A DNA stretch of 64,000 nucleotides from Octopus sinensis (Eukaryota): contig NC_042999.1 of assembly GCF_006345805.1 (NCBI RefSeq), forward strand, positions 143,964,001-144,028,000. Direction: 5' to 3'. Both the position numbers and the translations under genes were made by a program. The notes under the pieces are model-generated. The model saw only the letters and a program-made list of their open reading frames with translations, searched no databases and had not been told where the DNA came from. Shown in pieces: positions 1-11,397 of the stretch. Position 1 is the stretch's first letter, and every line of letters starts with the position of its first letter.

Positions 1-2067
1 TTGAAAGTTGATACATCAGTAGGTATTGATACATCAGTTAGAAGGCACTTTTCCTGATGATCTCTGACAACTATATCTGGCCTCTTGTCCTTAATTTCTC
101 TACTTGTGTGTATTGGCATAACCCATGTTATTGTTGCTTTCTCATTTTCTGTAACCCTTTCTGGCGTGTGCCTATACCATCATATTTCTCTTGTTATTCC
201 GTAGAGTTGGCATAGGTTCTAGTACATGTAGGTCCCAACTCTGTCATGTCTGTAAATATATTCCTTCTTAGCCAGGACTGGGCAGCTAGAGACAATATGA
301 TTTATTGTTTCTTGTCCATCTTCACATATTCTTCAGTTACTTGTTATGTTACTTTTCATGATATGTTTTTAGTAATTTCTGGTGGGGAAGCTTTGGTCTT
401 GCGCTGCTGTTAAAAACCCTTCAGTACCTGCTTTGACATCTGAGCTTCTCAGCCATTGTTGAGATTTTGCTTTGTCTATTTCTTTCGCGTTTAGTATAAC
501 AGTATTTGCCATGAAGGGGCTTTTCTTGCCATCGTTTTATCATGGCTCGTTGCTGTTCCAGTTTTATTTTAGATTTCAGTTGTTTTATAGCTTTTGTTGT
601 TTCTTTTTTTCTTCATATTTGTTAGGTACTATGGCTTCTTATTTTGAATTTGTCAGCTTCCTTAAAGACTGAAAACAGTTTTTTGTTCGTGTTTTGTGGC
701 TATTTGTATTAGTATTCCTTGCTTTTCAACTAGGTATTTTTGTAGTCCTATGGTGATTATTTTGTAATAGCTTTAATAGTTTTCTAGCTGTATAAGTCCT
801 CTACCACGTTCTATGTCAGATTTCGGGTGATGCATCCTAAATCCTGTCATTATTTTTCTTGTTTTCCTGTCTATTTTGATGAGTTCATTTAGTGTCCAGT
901 TAAGAATATTATAGCTGTAACTTATAACTGGGACGGCTAGAGTGTTGATACCTATTATTTTGTTTTTCGCATTGAGCTCAATTTGCTGTGTTAATCTAAC
1001 TCGTCTATGGTATCTTTTTATTTTCGCTTATGTTTGTGTGTGTTGTATCGTATCTAGTTCATTAATTCTTAGTATCTGTATGTCTGACTTTGGTCTAATT
1101 CTTTTATTTCTTTTGCTTTATCTATTTTGATGCTGCTACTCAACTAGTTTTGCTCTTTTCAAAGATGCTTTGGGACATTTTTCTAAGCCAAATTTCATGT
1201 TTATTTCTTTGGTAAATCTATGTAGTGTCTGTAGTAATGATTCCAGCTGTTTATCATTTGTAGCATTTTAGATCATCATTATATAAGAAGTGGCTGATTG
1301 TTTTGCCGTAACAGTGTATCCGCATCCAGTTTTGTTTAGCATGTCAGATAGATTTGTCACTGTCAAATAGAAAAGGAGTGGAGAGAGCGTGTCTCCCTGG
1401 AATATACCTCTTCTAATGGGGGTCGGCTTTGGTGTTTTAAGTCCCTCTTTTGGCTGGAGCTGTAGCACTGTCTGCAATTTATTCATGAAATGTGTTATAT
1501 ATTTTATGATTATTGGTGCTACCTTGCTCATAGCAAGTGTTTCTAGAATCTATGTGTGGGGAATACTATCAAAAGCTTTTCGGTAATCGATCCCGGCCCT
1601 ACTTAGACCTTTCTTCTTTCTGCGGCTGTCTTCAGTTATGACTTTATTGATCATTAGTTGATCTTTACAGTGGTATGAGCTCTTGCAGCAGCCCTTCTGC
1701 TCTTCTAGAAACAGGTTGTTTTCTTCTAGATGCTTGATCATTCTCTGCGATAGTATTGCAGTAAAGGCTTTGTAAATTGTAGGGAGAGAAGTGATTGGTC
1801 TGTAATTTTGTGGATTTGCCGTTTCAGTGGATTTGGGAATTAGGATAGTTTTCCCTTCCGTGAGCCATTCAGGCATTGTCTCTGATTCTGCCAGTATTTC
1901 ATCAAATTTCTCAGCCAGCTTTTATGCGTTTCTGTCAGATTTTTTAACCAGAAGTTGGGGATCATATCGTGCCCGGCTGCCTTCCAGTTGCTTAGTTTTT
2001 GTAGCGCGTGGTTGACCTCTTTAGTTGTTATAAAGGTCCACAGTTGCTCAGGTGCTGAGTTAGTTGT
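1..2067 (-). mobile_element. 5'-truncated, degraded R4/Dong-type (RLE) non-LTR retrotransposon, family B; runs off the window start
   Basis: Minus-strand ORFs give RT motifs PEWLTEGKTILIPK..NYRPITSLPTIYK, IDYRKAFDSIPH and GIFQGDTLSPLLF. Manual translation near 180-350 gives CRICEDGQETINHIVSSC (CCHC) and RHDRVG, and near 30-100 gives KRPDIVVRD (RLE). Frameshifts and stops present. Confidence 0.9.
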
Positions 2068-2082
2068 TTATTATTATTATTA

Positions 2083-2125
<43 letters not shown>
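2068..2125. repeat. (ATT)n/(AAT)n microsatellite between two R4-type elements
   Basis: Read directly; abuts the 3' tail of one element and the truncated 5' end of the next. Confidence 0.95.
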
Positions 2126-2126
<1 letters not shown>

Positions 2127-2497
2127 CTTCGTAACAGTAGGTAAAATGCACAGGAGTCTTCAGTCATCTGACAAGTCACAACAAGGACCTCAGACAGATA
2201 ATACTTTCATTAAGATGTGCGTTGTGTCCAATAAGGCTGCTTTTTGCAAAACATCAGTTTTGCATGGGATTTCCAGTTGCCCTAAGAAGTATTGAAGTTT
2301 CAATGGGATTGAGCCCAACGCTCCGATCACCACTGGTATCACTTTTACATTATTATCTCGCATTCCATACAGTTTTGCCATTTCCACTTTCAATTCGGAG
2401 TACTCGGTGATTTTTTCAACCTATTTACTCACAACATTCATGTCATTTGGTATGGCTATACCAATGATCTTACAGTATTTGTCTCTCTTATTCAATA
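2126..2497 (-). mobile_element. 3' end of a second R4/Dong-type LINE family (RLE C-terminus plus short 3' UTR ending in (AAT)n)
   Basis: ORF 2190-2393: VIPVVIGALG..LQKAALLDTTHILMKVLSV*. Upstream bases read LNKRDKYCKIIGIAIPND. Confidence 0.85.
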
Positions 2498-4086
2498 CTA
2501 GCAGTATAGCGGCTTTGCTCGAGATTAAGTTATGATTATTAAGCTAATCAAGCTCTTTATTTCAAAGCAAACTAAGTAGCATCGACGTCAAATTTGAGTG
2601 AAATCCGTTGAAATTGGTAAACTTTTGGCTGAAATTTTGCAGACAATTTGATTGGGAAATCCCATAAGGAATCGGTTTATCGATTTTTTTCCACCTATCG
2701 ATTCTTTTTTTTTTAATTTCGTTTTTGGAGAACTTAAAGCATTCAAAGATCCCATGAATCCTAAGTAATTCTGGCATCAAGTTTGAACAAAATACATCAA
2801 AATTGGTAGACGTTATGGTTGAAAAGAGTCAGATCTCTCCTTTCGAAAACATGGACAGTTTTGAAACATTGTTTACAAAATGCAAATTTGTAAACACCCA
2901 GACGTAAGTTGCGTAAGTTCGAATAGAGAGATAAACCTTCTCCCACAGAGATGTGAGAGTCAGATCTCTCCTTTCGAAAACATGAACAGCTTTGAAACAT
3001 TGTTTACAAAATAATAGCTGATCATTTGCGAAGGAGCGTGTCTACAGTCAATACGTAGGTCTTTTGCTCTGGTAACCTCTGTTCTCTCCCATGTTCACGC
3101 ATGACCAGCTATATATCGCTATGAGTAGAGCAACGGATTCAGCTAATTTGGAAATTAGTTGTGGAGAAACGGAGACAATCGTTTATATTGTGTGTATATA
3201 TATATATATAATCAAAAAAGGGTAATAACATAGATTACTACCAGTGGCCCAGCACAAAAGACGAATTAGTCATTAGACAAAATATTATTCATATAGAAAA
3301 ATATTATTCATATAGAAATATAATCAAGGGCTCCTAAATAAGGGATAAATTCATCGAGAGTGAAAATCAAAAACATTTACCATTAACGATATATCCCGGA
3401 CTGATCAGTTTCTACCTCTTTCTAGCAAAACAGACATAATATGTTTGCTAAGGCCGGTTTCATCAGCGAGACGCCTTTGTTAAATCGAGATGCAGAGAGC
3501 GTTAGACCATGTGTTGATCTAAACAACTTGTAAATCTTGACTTTTCAAACCTCTGCGCAGACGCAAAATCTACCCGGTGATATAGGGCATGCCGGGGAAA
3601 AAAATATATATATATATGTATACAGGCAACACACACGCACATTGCATACATGTGTTTTATACGCATACATGTTCGTGTGTGTGACTGAAGTAATCCACAC
3701 ATACATACATAACAACACCTGTCTGTCTGTTTTTGCCAGTCAATCACTCAGTAAAAAGAAGAAATTTAAAAAATCTGTTATCTCTCTCTCTTTCCCTCCC
3801 CCCTCTTTACACCGTCGCTAGCAGGGGACTTAACTCATGTTTGTATAAACGATGGTGGATTTCTCCGCCGTGAAAATTGTTAAGTTATGGTCGAAAATTT
3901 GTTTTTACCGCTATTCGCTGGTGCGTCGGGGGAAAATATTTTGAAAAAAATACAGTTCGGATCATGACGAATGTCCTCCTAAAATTGGTGCGACATGCGT
4001 GCTAATTTATGGACGTGCATAAATTACACTCACGTACACACACACACACACACACGCACACACATTCTGCTGTTTATACATATACA
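2498..4086 (-). mobile_element. Non-autonomous Helitron, copy 1, carrying a ~390-bp insertion and a ~65-bp internal duplication
   Basis: Minus-strand end ctcgagcaaagccgctatactgCTAG|T at 2498. Inverted homology over ~1 kb to 21294-22365. The 5' end is degraded. Confidence 0.8.
3211..3603. other. ~390-bp unclassified insertion inside a (TA)n tract of Helitron copy 1
   Basis: Absent from copy 2, where the (TA)n tract (~21783-21822) is uninterrupted. Flanked by TA repeats on both sides. Confidence 0.75.
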
Positions 4087-4535
4087 CCGGCCGACGGTGT
4101 TCGATTACACGATCTGTCTGAAAATCATAGTTCCAGAGTATCGTTACTTTTCCATCCTCCGTCATAACTTTTTCTTTTCTTATACAATGTTCTATACTAA
4201 TTAGTCCTCTGCCACCATTCTTTCTTTTCATACACAGTCTATTTACGTTGGTTTTAAAGTGTAACACCCCATGCAGCGTCATCAATTTTCTCGCCCTTCT
4301 ATCCAGTGCTTATATTTCCCCCTTAGTCCATTTGAGGATGGACGCACTATATCTGACCACCGCAACTATCCAGATATTCATTGCGGTAATCAAGGTTTTG
4401 GCATTCAGGTTGAATTTTAACACATCTTCACCAATTTTTGATACGCCTCGCTGATCTTGACTTTCATTTCTCTGTGTAGAATGTCATCCAGCTCCAAAAT
4501 CCCTAAATATCTATACCCACTACCGTTGGGTATAA
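4087..4535 (-). mobile_element. Upstream part of the R4-type LINE interrupted by the Helitron (internally deleted)
   Basis: Translation gives GYRYLGILELDD..ALDRRARKLMTLHG..RKNGGRGLISIE..KVTILWNYDFQTDRVIEHRRP, which continues as LNKRDKYCKII on the far side of the Helitron. Confidence 0.85.
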
Positions 4536-5608
4536 TCCTATAGTTTTTGGCACCTGCTCTGCTTCCCCTTTATGGATTAGGCATATTATTCTCTCTTTCA
4601 GCTTGCTTGGCAGCCTGCCATTTGCAAGAAAGCAGTGGAAGAGAATCTGTAGAGGTTTTGTCAAGGCATGCTTACACGATTTAAGAAGGATTACTGAGAA
4701 ACCATCAGGACCAGCAGTTGAGTTTGCATCCACCTCATCTATGGCTAGTAGTATATCTTCTTCGCAAATGTCGATATATTCCATCGTAACTGCTTCGCTG
4801 GTTATAGGTGAGGCGGCAAAGAAATCCTCTGGTTCGTTCGCTTGTCTATGTTCCAACGGAGTGGTAAAGACACTCTTGAACTGGTCATTCAGTACCTCAC
4901 TGATCCTGGTTGAACTATCTGTGAGGGAGCCATCCTTTTGGAAGAGGGGTCCTATCTTGCAGCGTACTGAGGATGTTTTTTTCGCATGAGGAAAGAAGGC
5001 CTTTGGGCCTGACTTAATGTATTTTATACCCCAGGCTTCTTTGTCTGCTCTCTCCTTCACATAGTATTGTTGCAGGCTTTTTTCAATCTCCATCAATGTT
5101 TTTAGGCGGGACCTTTCGCTACTTTTGAAATGTTGGCTGAGGCGATTTGCAACCTTCGACCGTCGTCTCAAGAGGATCTTCCACTCCCTTGGAATCTTGT
5201 TCCTTTTTGTGCTGGTCTTGTGATCTGGGACATATTTCTGGCATATGGTTTGCATAACAGACATGCAATATTCTAGTTTCATATCAATGTCTGGTGTGGA
5301 GAGATATTTCGGCCAGTCCCATCTGAGGATTTCTTTTTGGATCGATCTCCAGTCTGCTTTGTGGAAGTTCAGACTGGAGAGATTTTGGGTGCATCCTTTA
5401 GGCTGTATGTTCTGGCTACTTTTGGATCATACATAGAGAGCTCTATTATGTTCTGATCCGAGACTAATGTTGGCGTCACTTTCACACCATGGACGATGTC
5501 CATAATGTTTGTGAAGCAGAGATCCTAAATGTTGTTCGCCCTAGTTGGTCTGAGTACAATTTGTACAACTTGCTCCATGAATAGGACATTGGTGAGATTG
5601 AACAGGGA
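4536..5608 (-). mobile_element. CR1/L2-group LINE ORF2 fragment (AP-endonuclease C-terminus to start of RT)
   Basis: ORF 4503-5282: SEVLNDQFKSVFT, TAGPDGFSVILLK, IHKG..KNYR. Upstream remnant PTRANNI*DLCFTN..LVSDQNIIEL (SDH-like). Confidence 0.8.
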
Positions 5609-5677
5609 CTATATATATTTATATGTGTGTATGTGTGTGTGTTATATGTATATCGAAACATACATACATATATACTA

Positions 5678-6035
5678 TAGGCTTTCACTTCATACACGCC
5701 AGCTCAATTTGATTCGTTCTCAGTCGTATTTGTAATTGTGTACCATTTTCTCCGCTTTTTTGTCTTTGTTGCCGTACACATTCGCTAGCTTTCTTACAAA
5801 AATATCTAATGCTCTTGGCTTTGACTTTTGCGGGGAAACCAGATCGAACTGTCTCAAGCGGAACTGCCCGAAACTGTAAGGACTTCTGATAACTTGACTG
5901 AGGAAAGGCCACGAATGACCTGTCTTTTTTTGCCTGTCCTTCTAATTGTTGTTTCTCCTATCCGCCTTTGTATAGTCTATCTGTCCGAATGTTTTATTGT
6001 CCTCTACTGCGTTTTTGTTTCATTTTTAATATTTA
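5678..6035. repeat. ~360-bp unclassified repeat, copy 1
   Basis: Direct homology to 6408-6797, e.g. ttcacttcatacacg(c/t)cagctcaatttgattcg. Confidence 0.85.
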
Positions 6036-6407
6036 TATATACATATAGCGGGGTACGCACACACTTTTGCTCACCTTATAGTAGGTATGTATCTAAATTT
6101 TATACGACTCTTACTCTATCTTTTAGTTCCCCTCAAACTGTCTTCCTCTTTTCTTTTTCTCGCTCCCCCTCTGTCACTCTCACATCTCTTAGTCCTTTCT
6201 TTCTCTAACACTCACTTTTCCCCACGATTATCTCCCCTGTACCTTTCCTTTGTTTCTGATTATTTTTTTAAATCCTTCAATCCTGCTTCCCCCTACCCAT
6301 TTCTCCTCCTTCCATGTGAGTGGTGTCCGACCAGGCATGATCTTTCTTTCTTGGCCTGAGTGCCGACCGACAACATCTCTTATGTCCATCTCCTATGTTC
6401 CTGCCTT

Positions 6408-6793
6408 TAGGTTTTCACTTCATACACGTCAGCTCAATTTGATTCGTTTTCAGTCAAAAGACACCTGTTGTTATTTTCTTGTTGTTTCTATTCGTAATTG
6501 TGTACCATGTTCTCCGTTTTTCGTCTTTGTTGCCATACACATTCGCTAGCTTTCTTACAAAAAAATCTAATGGTCTTAGCTTAGACGTGGGTGGGGGACC
6601 AGATCGAACTGTCTCAAGTGTAAATGCCCGAAAGAGTAAGGACTTCTGGTAACTTGATTGAGGAAAGAAGGCCACGAATGACCCGTCTATTTTTGCCTGT
6701 CCTTCTAATTGTTCTTTCTCCTATCCGCCTTTGTATCGTCTATCAGTCCGAAGGTTTTATTGTCCTCTACTGCGCTTTTGTTCCATTTTTATA

Positions 6794-6797
<4 letters not shown>
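6408..6797. repeat. ~390-bp unclassified repeat, copy 2
   Basis: Direct homology to 5678-6035; followed by (TA)n. Confidence 0.85.
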
Positions 6798-6839
<42 letters not shown>

Positions 6840-6841
<2 letters not shown>

Positions 6842-7150
6842 TGTAGGCGTGATTGTCTGGTCTGGAGCTTGCTTTCCAACCACATGGTTCCGGGTTCATT
6901 CCCACTGCGTGGAACCTTGGGCAAGTGTCTTCTGTTATACCCTTGGACCAACCAGAGCCTTGTGAGTGGATTTGGCAGACGGAAGCAGAAAGAAGCGTGA
7001 TGTATATCTATATCTACCTATCTATCTATGTGTGTGTGTTTGTCCCTCATCATCGCTTGTCAATCGGTGTTGGGGTGTTTACGTTCCCGTAAACTAGCGG
7101 TTCAGCAAAAGCGACTGATAGAATAAGTACTAAGATTTAAAAAAAGTACA
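6840..7150 (+). mobile_element. tRNA-derived SINE (family 1)
   Basis: A-box-like and B-box-like (ccgggttcattccc) head. The body ccttgtgagtggatttgg..ggaa..gaaagaagc recurs inverted at 24301-24446, and the 3' module recurs inverted at 20530-20700 and 22815-23030. Confidence 0.8.
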
Positions 7151-7228
7151 CCTCTCAATTGCCATATTAGAAAGAGATTAATCTATCTTTTTCCAACAAC
7201 ACACACACACACACACACACACACGCAT

Positions 7229-7300
<72 letters not shown>

Positions 7301-7739
7301 TTAAAGACAGAAAATGTAATATTTTTACAGATAAGGGTGATTAAATGGCGGATATTTGGGGTGGTAAATAATTTGTCTTACTATATTATAACTAACCCGT
7401 TTGATTATTTTAACATCTAACTTACATCCCCTTAGTATTGTGCGAGTGTATGTGAATAAGTCTTAATAATATGAAAGCATACAAAGTAATCTAGAAAATA
7501 TTTTCATGGCATCACTTCAAATCACCGAAACAGTAAAGCGTGTTATTCCGTTAAATCTAAGATTAACTCAACTAACAAAATTTGCTGTATATACATACCC
7601 AGATATATAAATGTACTTATAAAAATTCTCTCACATACATACGGTATACTAAATATCTTTCTCTCTCTCCACACACACACACACATACACACGCACACAC
7701 ACACCAATATAACATGCAGTCAAATTCAATGCCTGTTAC

Positions 7740-8500
7740 TGCATCATCATGTTGCTTCTATCGCCTATCTACATCTACCACGTCCATCACCATCATAACT
7801 TGTACAAGTTCTCTCAGACTCCCTCGCTCAACTAACGTTACTTTCAAATTCCCTTTCAAGCATCATGCCCACTACACATTTACTCAACAACAATAATAAA
7901 AGCAACAATTACCTGCAATACGTGCCTGCGCGCGCGCATGTGTGCTTTCTGTCGCGAAAGTCAACCAATTTCAGTTCAAGAATTAATAGGATTTCACGTA
8001 GAATCTACGTCTAATCTGTTCTTCAGAACAGAATATTCACTAATGACTTGCAATTCCTTGCCATAATTGCGACCACTAAGCTTTTAATCTTAGAGACGTT
8101 TACAACAAACCGATCCGCTAAATTCTTCAACATCAAAAACCCCCATCTCATCATCACTACCACTACCGTTCCCCCAACAACAACAATCGCCAATAATATC
8201 ATAGCTACTGAAAGTATCTTAATCAGTAGCATCAACGACACAACTGCCATTATCACCATCAAGGTCACCATCACGTTCACCACCAACACCATCATTAACT
8301 CTTACCAACAACACTATTGTTATTATCACCATCAACGCTACGCTATCTTCAACATCGCCACAATCTCCACCACCTCTACCGTCACCATAACATCATCACC
8401 ACTACTACCATGAACATCAATACCATTACCACAACACCCATCACGCCCAACAACATTGCCAGTACCTCCACCATAACCATTACTACCGCCACGACCACTT
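7740..8500. repeat. Degenerate (CAC/CAT/AAC)n low-complexity region
   Basis: Composition; all ORFs here are Thr/Ile/Val runs. Confidence 0.85.
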
Positions 8501-8731
8501 GAAAGGTAAAACCTACTTTGAAGTCTCTGCCTGGTAGTTTTACCTGGTAAAAATAGCAACCAAATCTCCAACATATCATACTCACATATTTTTAAAACTA
8601 TAAAAATTTGACACAGTTAACATAGTTGTCGATACGATATGCCTGAAAAGCAATGGAATGTCATCGGCTAAAATCATTTGAATATATTCATGAATGATGA
8701 GTGGTTAATTAACAGCAACATTTCTACCTCC

Positions 8732-8732
<1 letters not shown>

Positions 8733-8765
<33 letters not shown>
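8733..8765. repeat. (AAT)n tract at the 5' junction of the family A LINE
   Basis: Read directly. Confidence 0.95.
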
Positions 8766-8767
<2 letters not shown>

Positions 8768-10820
8768 TAAAAAGGCTTTTGATAGCCTACAACATAGCTG
8801 GATTAGGAAATGCCTGGAAATGTATAAGATAGCACCTACTCTGCGAAACTTCTTGACTGTAAGTATGAGATCATGGAGAACCACACTAACTCTGAACAGT
8901 GACAATGAATCCCTAAATGCTGGTGATGTAAAAATTTCGTGTGACATTTTCCAGGGTGACTCACTGTCACCACTCCTCTTTTGTTTATCCTTAATACCTC
9001 TCTCAAAGCTGCTCAATGACGCGCAGTACGGGTATAAAATGTTTGATAAAAATATAAATCATCTCGTTTACATGGATGATTTAAAGCTTTTTGCAAAAAA
9101 TGACGAACAACTCAAGGGCTTACTAGCGATAGTCAAACAATTCAGTGACGACATCAGAATGCAATTCGGCCTCGATAAATGTGCAAAGGCTACCTTTATC
9201 AAAGGAAAAATGACAGAAACATCTAACGTTAACCTTGACCAACAGAATGTCCTAAAAGAACTAGACCCAGCGGAGAGCTACAAGTACCTAGGGGTAATTG
9301 AAGGGAACGGAATAAGGCATTCAGAGATGAAGGAAAGGATCAAGAGAGAATGCTATCGAAGAGTGAGAGCAATACTCAAGACAGAGCTGAATGCAAGAAA
9401 CAGGATCGAAGCGATCAATGCATTAGCCATACCAGTCGTGACTTACAGTTTCAATATTGTTAACTGGTCAATTACTGAAATATGTCAGCTCGACAGAAAA
9501 ATAAGGAAACTGTTGACAATGCATAGAATGCACCACCCTAAGGCAGATACAGAACGACTCTATCTGCCAAGAAAAGAGGGAGGCCGTGGTCTTTTGCAAC
9601 TGGCAATAACAATGAAGATTGCTACAATTGGCCTAGACACCTACCTGAAAAACTCTGAGGACTGGATGTTAAAACTTGTCTCAAAACATGAAAACAAGAA
9701 AGCATCATACTCAGTCACAAAACAGGCAAAGGAATATCTAAGTGAATTCCGAATACAACCAATTTCGGAATTAGAGATAGATATACAAGAAACAAGCACA
9801 GAAAAAGCTAGGCGCATGAAAACCCGTGCCAAAACTGCGGCCTTAAATATTCTGAATAATAAATGGCAAGAAAAACCTCTCTATGGCAAATACCCAAAGA
9901 GAGCGAATAATGCAGATATCGACAAAGCCCTGACCCATCAATGGCTAATGGCCTCTGGCTTAAAATCTGAAACAGAGGGGTTTATCATAGCAGCTCAAGA
10001 TCAATGCCTACCAACAAGAAACTACCAGGCCAACATATTAAAGAACGGCAGTAGCCCAACATGTCGTGTATGCCGACAACAAAATGAAACCATTGACCAT
10101 GTTGTCTCCAAATGCAGTCTTCTAGCGCCTACAGAGTACCTCAGTAGGCATGATATAGCTGCACATTATATTCACTGGGTAATTTGCAAAAACCTGGATT
10201 TGCCCCATGAAAAAAACTGGTGGGAACACAATCCACCTCCTGTGCTTGAAAATGACCACATCTCACTCCTCTGGAACTTCACCATTCAAACTGACAGGAA
10301 GATAGATGCAAATAGGCCAGACATTATATTGAAAGACTTCAGACAAAGAACATGCCTCCTCATTGATATGACTGTCCCAATCGATATAAACGTATCTGTC
10401 AAGACCTGCCAAAAACTGAGCAAATATAAAGATCTTGAAATAGAAATCAGCAAAATGTGGAAGCTGAAGACTAAAACAATACCTGTTGTCATAGGTGCCC
10501 TGGGAATGATAGCGAAAGGGACTGATTGCTACCTAACTCAGATAACAGGAAACCCCAAAATGGCAGAAATTCAAAAGATAGTGCTCATGGGAACTGCTCA
10601 TATCCTACGCAAAATACTCTCTATGTAATCCCAAGGTTTAAAACAAACTTTTTATTTATTTATTTATTTTTTTACGTATTTGACATTCACTAGTACAACA
10701 CCAAAAAAAAACAAAAAAAAACAAATATATGGCACAGAACTTCCAACCTGTTGTCTCTTGAGGTCTCTGTGTGAGACTTGGAGCCAACTTGTACAGACAT
10801 AAAGCAAAAGTCAAACATAG
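8766..10820 (+). mobile_element. 5'-truncated R4/Dong-type LINE, family A, with an uninterrupted reading frame
   Basis: Begins YKKAFDSL straight after (TAA)n and ends in a ~190-nt 3' UTR followed by (AAT)5. Confidence 0.95.
8820..10628 (+). CDS. RT (C-terminal part) + CCHC zinc knuckle + restriction-like endonuclease, 602 aa; N-terminally truncated
   Basis: Motifs FQGDSLSPLLF, YMDDLKLF, YKYLG, GGRGL, CRVC..ETIDHVVSKC, RHD, RPDIILKD..LLIDM, KLSKY, PVVIGALG. Confidence 0.93.
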   Translation: MYKIAPTLRNFLTVSMRSWRTTLTLNSDNESLNAGDVKISCDIFQGDSLSPLLFCLSLIPLSKLLNDAQYGYKMFDKNINHLVYMDDLKLFAKNDEQLKGLLAIVKQFSDDIRMQFGLDKCAKATFIKGKMTETSNVNLDQQNVLKELDPAESYKYLGVIEGNGIRHSEMKERIKRECYRRVRAILKTELNARNRIEAINALAIPVVTYSFNIVNWSITEICQLDRKIRKLLTMHRMHHPKADTERLYLPRKEGGRGLLQLAITMKIATIGLDTYLKNSEDWMLKLVSKHENKKASYSVTKQAKEYLSEFRIQPISELEIDIQETSTEKARRMKTRAKTAALNILNNKWQEKPLYGKYPKRANNADIDKALTHQWLMASGLKSETEGFIIAAQDQCLPTRNYQANILKNGSSPTCRVCRQQNETIDHVVSKCSLLAPTEYLSRHDIAAHYIHWVICKNLDLPHEKNWWEHNPPPVLENDHISLLWNFTIQTDRKIDANRPDIILKDFRQRTCLLIDMTVPIDINVSVKTCQKLSKYKDLEIEISKMWKLKTKTIPVVIGALGMIAKGTDCYLTQITGNPKMAEIQKIVLMGTAHILRKILSM

Positions 10821-10836
10821 AATAATAATAATAATA

Positions 10837-11351
10837 AATGCCCTGATGCAGTGCCAGATCTTAACTAATTGGAAGTGTTATCATGTACGTATTTTGTCTT
10901 GGGCTACAGCAAATATTCTGCTCAGTAACACAGATTTGCTTGTCAGTTGTTTGACTTTAACCACTTGAGCATGTCCCTTGGTGGCTGACAATATGTGCAC
11001 ATCTGATCGCGAGCAGAAGTAGTGGAGGAGCATCATAACTGTGTTGAGAGGAAGCTTTGGGTGTTTGAATAATTCACCTTTGGAAACATGGATGTTTCGT
11101 TCAACATCCTTAAACAAACCTTACTCAAGGACGTTTTCAGTGGGATGGGCTACTTTACCAGAAGGAAATTCTAACTGGGCTCCATCTGCAAGATCACGTG
11201 CTGTATATCCTAATATGAGATCACCATCCTGTGCACATATGGTTGTGGTGCATGTGCCTGGTGCACCCTTATCAGACGTGTAGTCATTATGGGTATACTG
11301 GGCTAATTTTACTCCAGTGTCATTTTGAAGGCATGCACTGCCCGTTCACTC
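10837..11351 (+). mobile_element. Non-coding (AAT)n-tailed element X, copy 1
   Basis: Homologous to 34489-34925. Both end ..cactc followed by a long (AAT)n tract (11352-11397). Confidence 0.75.

Positions 11352-11397
<46 letters not shown>

Noticed and set aside
3400-3480. Hammerhead ribozyme on the minus strand (ctgatga..gaaac)
   Set aside because: Stem II closes on an A-A mismatch and stems I and III cannot be formed in the required order.
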